64,000 nt of DNA from Nevskiaceae bacterium (lineage in GTDB: Bacteria > Pseudomonadota > Gammaproteobacteria > Nevskiales > Nevskiaceae), in the NCBI GenBank assembly GCA_035650495.1, contig DASRHK010000026.1, positions 9,856 through 73,855 on the forward strand. The letters run 5' to 3'. This document shows, piece after piece, positions 55,946-64,000 of this stretch; position 1 is the first letter of the stretch, and each line of letters opens with the position of its first letter. The position numbers and the translations under genes are program-made. Under the pieces are notes generated by a model. That model was not told where the DNA came from. It did not search any database and saw only the letters and a list, made by a program, of their open reading frames with translations.

Positions 55946-56737
55946 TTAGCTCTCTTTCAATCCCGCGCCGACGGCCTTCTGGAGAACCTTGGTCGCGCCG
56001 ACCTTGATCTGCAGGGTGCCGAACCAGCCGGGGAACAACGCAGCGATTCGATTGAGGACGCGCAGCCCGAACGGGGCGACCGCGATCTCGGGGATGTTGC
56101 GCTCGATGGCTTTCACCACCGCGTGGGCGACGTCGGTCGTGGTGTTGGTGCCGATGCCTTTTGGCACCTTGCCGCCGCTCGCGACGAACATGCCGGCGTC
56201 GCGGATGATGCCGGGGAACACGCAGGACACGCCGATGTTCGCCTCGTGCAGGTCGAGCCGAAGGCACTGCGCGAATCCGCGCAGCCCGTACTTGCTCGCG
56301 CTGTAGATCGCCGACATCGGCGAGGCCATCAAGCCGGCGAGCGAGGAGACGAACACCATGTGACCGCCGCCGCGCCGGCTCATCGAGCCGATCAGCCCGC
56401 GCGCGAGCAGGATCGGCGCGCGCAGGTTCACGTCGAGCACGTGCGCAATCTCGTCATTCGACCAGTTGCTGATGTGGACCGTGCCGGGCAGGCCGGCATT
56501 GGCGACGAGGACGTCGACGTCGCCGAGCTTCGCCAGCAGATCGGCGATGCCGTCGGGATGGCTGATGTCCGCGACGATGCTTTCGGCATCGAGCTCCGAG
56601 CGAAGCTGCGCCAGCACGTCGGGCTTTCGGCCGGTGAGCACGAGCTTCGCGCCGCGCGCCGCGAGCTCGCGCGCGATCGCGCCGCCGATGCCGCCGCTCG
56701 CGCCGGTGACGAGGACGCGCTTGCCTTGCAGCTTCAC
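55946..56737 (-). CDS. short-chain dehydrogenase/reductase (SDR)
   Basis: TGASGGIGGAIA (TGxxxGxG), NAG, and YSASK (YxxxK). The GTG start overlaps the parE stop, and its own stop lies 3 nt before the parC start. Confidence 0.88.
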   Translation of the reverse strand: MKLQGKRVLVTGASGGIGGAIARELAARGAKLVLTGRKPDVLAQLRSELDAESIVADISHPDGIADLLAKLGDVDVLVANAGLPGTVHISNWSNDEIAHVLDVNLRAPILLARGLIGSMSRRGGGHMVFVSSLAGLMASPMSAIYSASKYGLRGFAQCLRLDLHEANIGVSCVFPGIIRDAGMFVASGGKVPKGIGTNTTTDVAHAVVKAIERNIPEIAVAPFGLRVLNRIAALFPGWFGTLQIKVGATKVLQKAVGAGLKES

Positions 56738-58629
56738 GCTGCGAGCTCGGCCTTGTCGCCTTCTTTTTCCAGCCAGTCGCGGCGATCCGACGCGCGCTTC
56801 TTGGCGAGCAGCATGTCCATCAGCTTCTCGGCGGGCTTGTCGTCGAGCGTGAGCTGCACGAGCCGGCGCGTATCCGGATCCATCGTCGTCTCACGCAGCT
56901 GCATGGGATTCATCTCGCCGAGGCCCTTGAAGCGCGTCACCGAGATGTTGCCGCGGATCTTCTCCGCCTTGATGCGATCCATGATGCCGTCGCGCTCGGC
57001 TTCGTCGAGCGCGTAGAACACGTTCTTGCCCACGTCGATGCGGAACAGCGGCGGCATCGCGATGTAGATGTGCCCCGCCTCGACCAGCGGCTTGTAGTGA
57101 CGCAGGAACAGCGCGCACAGCAGCGTCGCGATGTGCAGCCCGTCGGAGTCGGCGTCGGCGAGCACGCAGACCTTGCCGTAGCGAAGCTTGGAAATATCGA
57201 GCGAACCAGGCTCGACGCCGATCGCAACCGTGATGTCGTGGATCGCCTCCGACGCGAGCGCCTCGGCCGCGTCGACTTCCCAGGTGTTGAGGATCTTGCC
57301 GCGCATCGGCATGACCGCCTGGAAATTGCGATCGCGCGCCTGCTTCGCCGAGCCGCCGGCGGAATCGCCTTCGACGAGAAAGAGCTCGGTGAGCGTCACG
57401 TCGTCGTTGACGCAATCGGCGAGCTTGCCCGGCAATGCGGGACCCGACGTCACTTTCTTGCGCTCGACCTGCTTGGACGCCTTCAGGCGCTTGTTCGCGT
57501 TCGCGATGACGATCTGCGCGATCGACTCGCCTTCCTGCGGATGCTGATTGAGCCAGAGGCTGAACGCGTCGTGCACGGTGCCGCCGACGAAGGTCGCGGA
57601 GTCGCGCGACGCGAGGCGCTCCTTGGTCTGTCCGGCGAACTGCGGATCCTGCATCTTCACCGACAGCACGTAGGCGACGCCCTGCCAGACGTCTTCCGGC
57701 GCGAGCTTCAGTCCGCGCGGCAGGAGATTGCGGAACTCGCAGAACTCGCGGATCGCTTCGGTGAGACCGGTGCGCAGTCCGTTGACGTGCGTGCCGCCCT
57801 GCTCGGTCGGAATGAGATTGACGTAGCTCTCGCCGATGAGATCGCTGCCTTCCGGCACCCACGCGAGCGCCCACTCGGCTTCTTCACGCTCCGCCTTGAA
57901 GGTGCCGGTGAACGGCGTGGCAGGCAGCGCTTTCTGTCCCGCGAGTCCTTCGACGAGATAGTCGACCAGGCCGTTCGCGTACTGCCAGCTCGACTTCTCC
58001 TTGTTGATCTTGTCGTCGAAGTCGACCTTCAAGCCCGGCGCGAGCACCGCTTTCGCGCGCAGCACCTGCTTCAATTTCGAGACGAGGAATTTCGGCGAGT
58101 CGAAATATTTCTCGTTGGGCCAGAAGCGCACCGAGGTTCCGCTGCGACGCTGGCCGACGGTGCCGACCTGCTTCAGCGGTCCGGTCTTCTCGCCGTCCTT
58201 GAAGCTCATCGCGTACTCGATGCCGCCGCGATAGACATGCACCTCGAGCTTCTGCGACAGCGCGTTCACCACCGACACGCCGACGCCGTGCAGGCCGCCG
58301 GAGAACTTGTAGGTCTTGTCGGAGAACTTCGCGCCCGAGTGCAGGCGGCACAGGATCAGCTCGACGCCGGTGACCTTGTGCTGCGGATGGATGTCGACCG
58401 GCATGCCGCGGCCGTTGTCGACGACCTGCAGCGAGCCGTCCTCGAACAGCGTGACGTCGATCAGGTCGGCGTGGCCGGCGAGCGCTTCGTCGACGGCGTT
58501 GTCGATGACTTCCTGGGCAAGGTGGTTGGGGCGGGCGGTATCGGTGTACATGCCCGGCCGGCGCCGGACCGGATCGAGACCGGAAAGGACCTCGATCTGC
58601 TCGGCTGAGTATTGGTTGGCGTTCGCCAT
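56734..58629 (-). CDS. parE: DNA topoisomerase IV subunit B
   Basis: GLDPVRRRPGMYT, GHKE ATPase motifs (VDNGRGMPV, GGLHGVG), EGDSAGG, PMRGKILN. Confidence 0.95.
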   Translation of the reverse strand: MANANQYSAEQIEVLSGLDPVRRRPGMYTDTARPNHLAQEVIDNAVDEALAGHADLIDVTLFEDGSLQVVDNGRGMPVDIHPQHKVTGVELILCRLHSGAKFSDKTYKFSGGLHGVGVSVVNALSQKLEVHVYRGGIEYAMSFKDGEKTGPLKQVGTVGQRRSGTSVRFWPNEKYFDSPKFLVSKLKQVLRAKAVLAPGLKVDFDDKINKEKSSWQYANGLVDYLVEGLAGQKALPATPFTGTFKAEREEAEWALAWVPEGSDLIGESYVNLIPTEQGGTHVNGLRTGLTEAIREFCEFRNLLPRGLKLAPEDVWQGVAYVLSVKMQDPQFAGQTKERLASRDSATFVGGTVHDAFSLWLNQHPQEGESIAQIVIANANKRLKASKQVERKKVTSGPALPGKLADCVNDDVTLTELFLVEGDSAGGSAKQARDRNFQAVMPMRGKILNTWEVDAAEALASEAIHDITVAIGVEPGSLDISKLRYGKVCVLADADSDGLHIATLLCALFLRHYKPLVEAGHIYIAMPPLFRIDVGKNVFYALDEAERDGIMDRIKAEKIRGNISVTRFKGLGEMNPMQLRETTMDPDTRRLVQLTLDDKPAEKLMDMLLAKKRASDRRDWLEKEGDKAELAA

Positions 58630-58687
58630 CTAATGGATCGTGTTCAATCGCGAAAAAATCGCGGGAACGGTAACCAAGCGATGCCGC

Positions 58688-59923
58688 TCACGCAAGATTG
58701 ACTTTCGCGACAGTGCCCTTCCCCGCCTCGCTTTGCAGCGTCAGCGTCCAGCCGCAGCGCTGCGCGAGCGTGCGGGCGATGTAGAGCCCCATGCCGCTGC
58801 CGCCGTGCCGGCCCTTGGTGCCGGGCTCGAAAACCGTCTTCAGCTGCTCGGGCGTCATGCCTTCGCCGTCGTCGGCGACGCTGATGGCGTGCCGGTCGAA
58901 ATCGATGCGGATCTCCCCGCCGGGCGCGGCGCGGATCGCATTGCGCAAAAGATTGGTGAAGACGATCCCGAGCAGCGCCGGCGGCGCGCGCAGGCTCGCG
59001 CGCGCCTTCGACGCCCATACGATCTGCGTCTGCTGCTCTTGCGCCGGCGTGACGTAGGGCTCGGCGGCTTGCGGGAGGAATTGCTCCAGCGCGATTTCAT
59101 GCGCCGCCGGCAGCTCGCGGCCTTGCGACAGGGCGAGCAAGGCATCGAGATCGGCGACGGCGTCGGCAACGCCGCGCTGGATCCGGTCGAGCACTTGCGG
59201 CGGCGCGTCCGGCATCAGCGCGAGCACGTCCGCAGCGCCGCGGATCGCGGCGAGCGGCGTGCGCAGCTCGTGGCTCGCGGCGGAGGCGAACGCGCGCTCG
59301 CGCTCGATCAGCGCGTCGATGCGCGCCATGTGATCGTTGAGCGCCGCGACGATGATCTCGAGGTCGCCGTCCTCCTCCCAGCTTTCCAGCCGCTGGCCTC
59401 GCTGGGCCGGATCGATCGCCCGGATGCGCGTGACCAGGTCCTCGAACGGCCCGAGCGCCTGGCGCGCGATCCATCCGCTCATCAGCCAGGCCGCGAGCGC
59501 GACCGCACCTACGCCGGCCACGAGCGCCGCGTGCAGCCAGCGCTCGCGCTCGGAGAAGACGTGGACGTCATAAAGCAGCCACGCGCGATCGCCCGCAGCG
59601 AGATCGCGGACGACGACGTGATAGCGGCCCTCGTCCAGCGGAAAGTCGCGATAGGAGCCCGGTCCGAGGTCGGCCAGCTCGGGAGGCACTGCTTGATGCG
59701 TCAGCGCGGGCCGCAGATAACGCAAGCCGGCCGCGGGACTCGTCTTCGAGGGGTCGATGCTGGCGTAGACGTCGAGCTCGCGCTGGAGGACGCGATCGAG
59801 CGTGGTCGATTCGATCCAGTCGTTGCTGATCCAGAGCAGCGCCGCGAGCGCGCTCGCGAGGCCGACGGAAAGGCTGATCAGCGAAGCGGCGAGACGCCGG
59901 CGAAGATCAAGCGGCATCGCCAT
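58688..59923 (-). CDS. sensor histidine kinase (two TM, HAMP-like, HisKA + HATPase_c)
   Basis: H-box SHELRTPLAAI, N-box LLRNAIRA, G-boxes DDGEGM and GSGMGL. The start (59923 or 59917) overlaps the 3' end of the regulator gene. Confidence 0.88.
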   Translation of the reverse strand: MAMPLDLRRRLAASLISLSVGLASALAALLWISNDWIESTTLDRVLQRELDVYASIDPSKTSPAAGLRYLRPALTHQAVPPELADLGPGSYRDFPLDEGRYHVVVRDLAAGDRAWLLYDVHVFSERERWLHAALVAGVGAVALAAWLMSGWIARQALGPFEDLVTRIRAIDPAQRGQRLESWEEDGDLEIIVAALNDHMARIDALIERERAFASAASHELRTPLAAIRGAADVLALMPDAPPQVLDRIQRGVADAVADLDALLALSQGRELPAAHEIALEQFLPQAAEPYVTPAQEQQTQIVWASKARASLRAPPALLGIVFTNLLRNAIRAAPGGEIRIDFDRHAISVADDGEGMTPEQLKTVFEPGTKGRHGGSGMGLYIARTLAQRCGWTLTLQSEAGKGTVAKVNLA

Positions 59924-60584
59924 CGGCGGACAGGCGATAGCCTGCGCCGTGGATCGTGCGAAGCAGCTTCTTCCCGAACGGACGATCGATCGCGGCGCGC
60001 AGCGCGTGCATGTGGACGCGCAGCACGTCATCCTGCGGCGCGTCGTCACCCCAGATCAGCTGCTCGAGCTCCGAGCGGCGGACGACGCGGTGCGATTCCC
60101 GCATCAGGACTTCGAGCAGCTTGCGCGTCGTCGGATTGAGCGCGATCGGCTTGCCGGCGCGCTTCGCCTCGAGCGTCTGCGGGTCGTATTGCAGGTCCGC
60201 GACGTGCAGCGTCGCGGACGGCGGACGGCTGCGCCGTACCAATGCCTCGAGGCGCACCTTCAGCTCGGCGAGCGCGAACGGCTTGACCAGATAGTCGTCG
60301 GCGCCCGCTTCGAAGCCCGCGACCTTGTCCGCCGTCGAATCGAGCGCGGTGAGCATGAGGATCGGCACGCGCCGGCCTTCGCTGCGCAGGCGGCGGCAGA
60401 CGTCATCGCCCGAGAGCTTCGGCAGCATGCGATCGAGCACCACGGCGTCGAAGTCGTGCTGCGTCGCGAGCTCGAGCGCCTTCTGACCGTTGGGAGCGAT
60501 CTCGACCCGATGGCCGAGGCCCGACAGGTAGTCGCTGATATTGGCCGCAATCGGCCGGTGATCTTCGACGACGAGAACGCGCAT
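59907..60584 (-). CDS. OmpR-family response regulator
   Basis: MRVLVVEDH, DAVVLDRMLP, ILMLTA, VKPF, then wHTH LTTRKLLEVL...IHGAGYRL. It is only the last 226 codons of the 920-aa track ORF. Confidence 0.92.
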   Translation of the reverse strand: MRVLVVEDHRPIAANISDYLSGLGHRVEIAPNGQKALELATQHDFDAVVLDRMLPKLSGDDVCRRLRSEGRRVPILMLTALDSTADKVAGFEAGADDYLVKPFALAELKVRLEALVRRSRPPSATLHVADLQYDPQTLEAKRAGKPIALNPTTRKLLEVLMRESHRVVRRSELEQLIWGDDAPQDDVLRVHMHALRAAIDRPFGKKLLRTIHGAGYRLSADGDAA

Positions 60585-60626
60585 GAGCGCGAAGTTTACG
60601 GGCCTTTGAACCCGCGCGAACCTTGC

Positions 60627-60645
60627 TTTAACATTGCATTTACAA
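60627..60645. promoter_or_regulatory. direct repeat TTAACA-N5-TTTACA (candidate OmpR-family binding site)
   Basis: tttaacattgcatttacaa has hexamers at 11-bp phasing. It lies in the 84-bp divergent region between the response regulator and the TonB-dependent receptor. Confidence 0.3.
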
Positions 60646-60668
60646 CGTCGCACCCTGGGGGAATCGCC

Positions 60669-62804
60669 GTGATCCGTCTCTATCGCCTGCCGCTGGCAGG
60701 TTGCCTCGCCTTTTTCGCGTCGTGGGCCGTCGCCGCCGACAACGACGCCGCGCCGACCGAGCTCGATCAGGTCCAGGTCACCGCCACGCGCGAGCCGGAG
60801 CTCGTCGATCGCGTACCGGCGTCGATCACGGTGGTCAGCGGCAATGAGATCCGCGCGCGCGGTGCGAACGATCTGCGGACCGCGCTCGAGCTGGTCGCCG
60901 GCATCGACGGCACGCCCGGCGGCGATTCCGGTCCCGCGGGCTCGGTGCCCGCGATGTGGGGCTGGCGCGAGCAGGACAACTATCTGCTCGTCGTCGACGG
61001 CATTCCGTGGGGCGGCGCGTTCAATCCGGCGACGCCTTCCGTCGATCTCACCGACGTCGAGCGCATCGAGATCCTGCGCGGCGCGGCGCCGGTGATGTTC
61101 GGCGCGACGTCGTTCAGCGGCGTCATCCACGTGATCCATTTCGCCGCCGGCGAATCGCCGACGACGATCAGCGTCGGCGGCGGCAGCTACGGCAGCGCGT
61201 TCGGCTCCGGCAATACGAGCTTGCCGGCGATGGGACCGTTCAAGCAATCGCTCGCCGCGAACATCGAGCGCCGCAAGTTCAGCGTCGATCGCGAGGACTA
61301 CGAGCGCTATCACCTGTTCTATCGCGGCACCGCTGATCTCGGCGTAGGTCGCCTGCGCATCGACGGCGACATCTCGCTGGTGCCGCAGACGCCGGCCAAC
61401 GTGATCTTCCGCAACGGAGCGCAGCTGCGCACGGACATCCTGCCCGTCGACGCGAATCACAATCCGTCGGACGCCAAGCTCGATCAGGATCGCTATCACC
61501 TCGTCGTCGGCTTCGACAGCGACGTGGGCGTGGGCCAGTGGTCGACGAGCGTCGCGTTCACGCGCACGTTCGACGACATCATGCGCGGCTTCCTGCGCGA
61601 CTACGCGCCCGACACCGGCGCTGAGGCCGGCGACACCGAGAAGCCCGACGACTTCGACGCCGACGGCTTCCAGCAGAAGCGCCAGATCACCGACGTCTAT
61701 TTCGACACGCACCTCACGAGCCACATCGGCGACGCGCTCGTGTGGACCACCGGCATCGAGCACTTCTACGGCAAGGGCAAGCAGAACGCGGTCAACTTCG
61801 GCTACTTCGTGAGCCTCGACGGCCAGGATGCACCCGCCGGCGCCGATCAGCATCCCGACGAGCTGGTGCGCTCGGAGGACGAGCGCAACTTCACCGGCCT
61901 CTACACGCAGATCGACTGGCACGTCGCGTCGAACTTCGACGTCGTCGCCGGCGTGCGCCTGAACCACACGCGCGAGAGAGCCCAAGGCCAGGAGATCGCC
62001 AACGACGAGGATCAGATGGAGGTCGGCGAGCTGATGACCGACAGCCGCACGAAGACGCGCGTTGCCGGCGTGGTCGGCGCGAGCTGGACTGCGTATCACC
62101 AGGACAAGAATCGCGTCACCGTCTACGCCGACTATCGCAACACCTACAAGCCGGTCGCAGTCGACTTCGGACCGGAAGCGGAAGTCGAGCTCGGCGCGCC
62201 GGAAACCTCCGCGAGCTACGAGGTCGGCGTCAAGGGCGTCGCGCTCGACGGCAAGTACGAGTACGACGCGTCGGTGTTCATGATGGACGTCGAGAACCTG
62301 CTCACGTTCGACGATCTCGGTGCGCCGATCGCCAACGGCAAGGCGCGCTTCCAGGGCGCCGAGTACGAAGGCCGCTTCGAGCTCGCGAAGGATCTCAAGC
62401 TCGCGCTGAACTACGCGTATCACGACTCGCGCTTCAAGCGGCTCAAGGTCGATCCGGACACCGACGTCAGCAACAATCGCCTCGAGCTCTCGCCCTACAA
62501 CATCGCGGGTGCCGGATTGCTGTATCTGCCGATGCAGGGCTTCAACGCCGCTGTGGTCGGTCGCTACAACGGGCCGACGCGCCTCAACAAGCGCAACACG
62601 GCGCCGCATGGCGGCTACTCGGTGCTCGACGCGTCGATCGGCTACAACTTCGGCCGCGTCGGCCTGCACGTGAACGGCTACAACCTCACCGATCGGCGGG
62701 ATCCGGTCGCGGAGAGCGAGCTCGCGGAAGTCGTGTCGGGCGCGTCGAGCTACTTCCTGATGCCGGCGCGCACGATCATGGGCAGCATCTCGCTCGCGCT
62801 GTAA
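60669..62804 (+). CDS. TonB-dependent outer-membrane receptor
   Basis: Signal peptide, TonB-box-like DQVQVTAT, plug motifs (ITVVSGNEIRARGANDLRTALELVAG, VDGIPWGG, IEILRGAAPVMFGA), and a C-terminal beta-barrel ending in an aromatic-rich strand. GTG start at 60669. Confidence 0.9.
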   Translation: MIRLYRLPLAGCLAFFASWAVAADNDAAPTELDQVQVTATREPELVDRVPASITVVSGNEIRARGANDLRTALELVAGIDGTPGGDSGPAGSVPAMWGWREQDNYLLVVDGIPWGGAFNPATPSVDLTDVERIEILRGAAPVMFGATSFSGVIHVIHFAAGESPTTISVGGGSYGSAFGSGNTSLPAMGPFKQSLAANIERRKFSVDREDYERYHLFYRGTADLGVGRLRIDGDISLVPQTPANVIFRNGAQLRTDILPVDANHNPSDAKLDQDRYHLVVGFDSDVGVGQWSTSVAFTRTFDDIMRGFLRDYAPDTGAEAGDTEKPDDFDADGFQQKRQITDVYFDTHLTSHIGDALVWTTGIEHFYGKGKQNAVNFGYFVSLDGQDAPAGADQHPDELVRSEDERNFTGLYTQIDWHVASNFDVVAGVRLNHTRERAQGQEIANDEDQMEVGELMTDSRTKTRVAGVVGASWTAYHQDKNRVTVYADYRNTYKPVAVDFGPEAEVELGAPETSASYEVGVKGVALDGKYEYDASVFMMDVENLLTFDDLGAPIANGKARFQGAEYEGRFELAKDLKLALNYAYHDSRFKRLKVDPDTDVSNNRLELSPYNIAGAGLLYLPMQGFNAAVVGRYNGPTRLNKRNTAPHGGYSVLDASIGYNFGRVGLHVNGYNLTDRRDPVAESELAEVVSGASSYFLMPARTIMGSISLAL

Positions 62805-62813
62805 GGCGCGCCG

Positions 62814-63284
62814 TCAGAACGTGACCGTAACGGTAATGGTGTCGCTGTAGCTCCCGACTGCGGCGTTCTGCCGCGCCGGGATTCGGCCGTAGACGGTGTG
62901 ATTGGCGGTCGTGCCGAGCAGTACGACGAGAAAGCCGGTGCTGATGTGCGAGGTGCCGCTGGTGCCATCGCCCCAGACCAGCAAGCGCGTGACGTCGGTA
63001 TAGAGGTTGTAGTTGAGGCGGTTCGCACCCGACGCCATCTGCCGGCTCGCGTAACTGCCGGAAACGCCGGTCGACAAGTCGACCGTGTAGTTGACGAACA
63101 GGCTGATCAGATTCGTGCAGGTCACCGTGACCTGCCCCGTCGAATCGGTCGCCAGCGCCGACAGCGGATCGTAATTGCCGAACGCGACGGCCTGCGCGCT
63201 GGTGTTGCACGACAGCGCTGCCATCGCGGGCAGCGGTGCGGCGAGCGCAAGCGCGATCACGAGGCGCGACATCGTGACGCTCAT
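62814..63284 (-). CDS. spore-coat-U (SCPU) domain / Csu-type fimbrial subunit
   Basis: Signal peptide, then ALSCNTSAQAVAFGNYDP...VTVTCTN...YNLYTD...VYGRIPARQNAAVGSYSDTITVTVTF, typical of CsuA/B-like pilins. The ATG overlaps the usher stop. Confidence 0.82.
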   Translation of the reverse strand: MSVTMSRLVIALALAAPLPAMAALSCNTSAQAVAFGNYDPLSALATDSTGQVTVTCTNLISLFVNYTVDLSTGVSGSYASRQMASGANRLNYNLYTDVTRLLVWGDGTSGTSHISTGFLVVLLGTTANHTVYGRIPARQNAAVGSYSDTITVTVTF

Positions 63285-64000
63285 GGCTTGGGGGAGACGC
63301 ATCGGACGATCATCGGTTGCTCGGCAGTTTGCGCCACCACGCCCACCTTCGCCACGCAATGCGCGCCGGGACCGCTGACGATCAGCTCGTGCTCGCCGGG
63401 GAGCGCGCGGACGAACACGCGACCGTCGCTGCCGATCGGATAGCGCTCGCGCGTTTCGGCATCCTTCACCACAGCGTCGCTCGGGATCGGCTTGCCGTGC
63501 GCGTCGATCAACGCGAACTCGGCGCCGACTCGTGCGCCGGGATTGAAGTCGACCACCAGGCCGCTGCGACCGCGCGGAACCGCGGTGCGCTTGAGGCTCT
63601 CGAGCGGCCACTCGATCGGCACTTCGTCCTCGTGCAGCGAGATCGCGTTCTCCTCGTACGGCCTCAGTTCCGGCACCAGCGCAGAGCCGCTCGCGCCCGT
63701 GCGCGCGACGAGACGGTTGTCCTCGTACACACCGACGTCCGCCAGGCCGCCGGCGTGCACGACCGCGAAGCTGCCTTGCACGGGCCGCGTCAGATACGTG
63801 TCGCCGCCGAGGTAGACCAGCGCGGCTGCCGCGTCGAGGCGTACGCCGCGACCCGCCGGATCGTCCACCGCTTCGCCGGAGAAATGCCCGAACTGCGTGC
63901 CCAGGTCGGCGCGCACGTCTTCGTGCCGGAACGGTCCGGTCTCGACGTCGGCGCGCCAGCCCCAGCCGAGCGGTCCGCGCATGTTCTGCTGCACGGAGCC
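63281..64000 (-). CDS. fimbrial outer-membrane usher, C-terminal part (gene continues past the right window edge)
   Basis: PapC-like C-terminal pattern (LVPELRPYEENAISLHEDEVPIEW...AVPRGRSGLVVDF; PapC_C-like FALIDAHGKPIPSDAVV...IGSDGRVFV). The frame stays open to position 64000. Confidence 0.8.
   Translation of the reverse strand, partial: GSVQQNMRGPLGWGWRADVETGPFRHEDVRADLGTQFGHFSGEAVDDPAGRGVRLDAAAALVYLGGDTYLTRPVQGSFAVVHAGGLADVGVYEDNRLVARTGASGSALVPELRPYEENAISLHEDEVPIEWPLESLKRTAVPRGRSGLVVDFNPGARVGAEFALIDAHGKPIPSDAVVKDAETRERYPIGSDGRVFVRALPGEHELIVSGPGAHCVAKVGVVAQTAEQPMIVRCVSPKP

Noticed and set aside
59907-62669. 920-aa ORF on the - strand
   Set aside because: Only its last 226 codons (59907-60584) are a real OmpR-family regulator. 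The remainder is antisense to the TonB-dependent receptor gene.

Overview
High-GC (about 68-70%) proteobacterial chromosome segment. The gene order (dapA-lipoprotein opposite gcvR-bcp, epmA-efp opposite epmB, parE...parC) suggests a gammaproteobacterium of the Xanthomonadales/Nevskiales type; this is inference only. Gene calls rest on recognised protein motifs plus third-position GC bias. The many long antisense ORFs in the track are GC artefacts and were rejected.

Contents, left to right:
- **1-5.9 kb:** a secreted S8 protease and small housekeeping genes, followed by an EntD-type phosphopantetheinyl transferase.
- **6.1-23.8 kb:** a 17.6-kb translationally coupled operon. Its exopolysaccharide genes (Wza-like exporter, co-polymerase, BY-kinase-like ATPase, Wzy/O-antigen-ligase-like protein, acyltransferase, two GT2 enzymes, Wzx flippase) run without a break into an NRPS-PKS line. 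That line comprises A(Gly-like)-T-KS-AT(malonyl)-ACP, a C-Asub-T protein that has lost its adenylation core, and two alpha/beta hydrolases with non-serine nucleophile positions.
- **23.8-26.3 kb:** dsbA, a truncated CheB-like gene and fbp.
- **26.3-34.3 kb:** a second polysaccharide block, containing a degenerate stand-alone A-T protein, a secreted protein, a priming sugar transferase, a GH8 glucanase, a GT26 enzyme, an outer-membrane barrel and a Crp-family regulator.
- **34.4-43.0 kb:** an accessory regulatory block ending at tRNA-Ser(GGA). It holds a CheY-like receiver, a winged-helix/Ser-Thr-kinase/TPR protein, a radical SAM enzyme followed by an NHLP-like 100-aa peptide, a membrane-anchored beta-lactamase-fold hydrolase, LuxR, a second receiver, an XRE-type HTH protein and a Cys-rich small ORF. 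Two identical copies of the 14-bp palindrome CCTCCAATTGGAGG lie within this block, flanking the gene set from the radical SAM gene through most of the HTH gene (the second copy sits inside the HTH gene's 3' end).
- **43-64 kb:** core genes (dapA, gcvR, bcp, phoH2, epmA-efp-epmB, a FimX-like degenerate GGDEF-EAL protein, htpX, parC-SDR-parE), a two-component system with a TonB-dependent receptor, and the start of a Csu/SCPU chaperone-usher pilus locus.

No CRISPR array, transposase or integrase was recognised.

The two best candidates for something undescribed are the EPS/NRPS-PKS fusion operon and the radical SAM + NHLP-like peptide pair.
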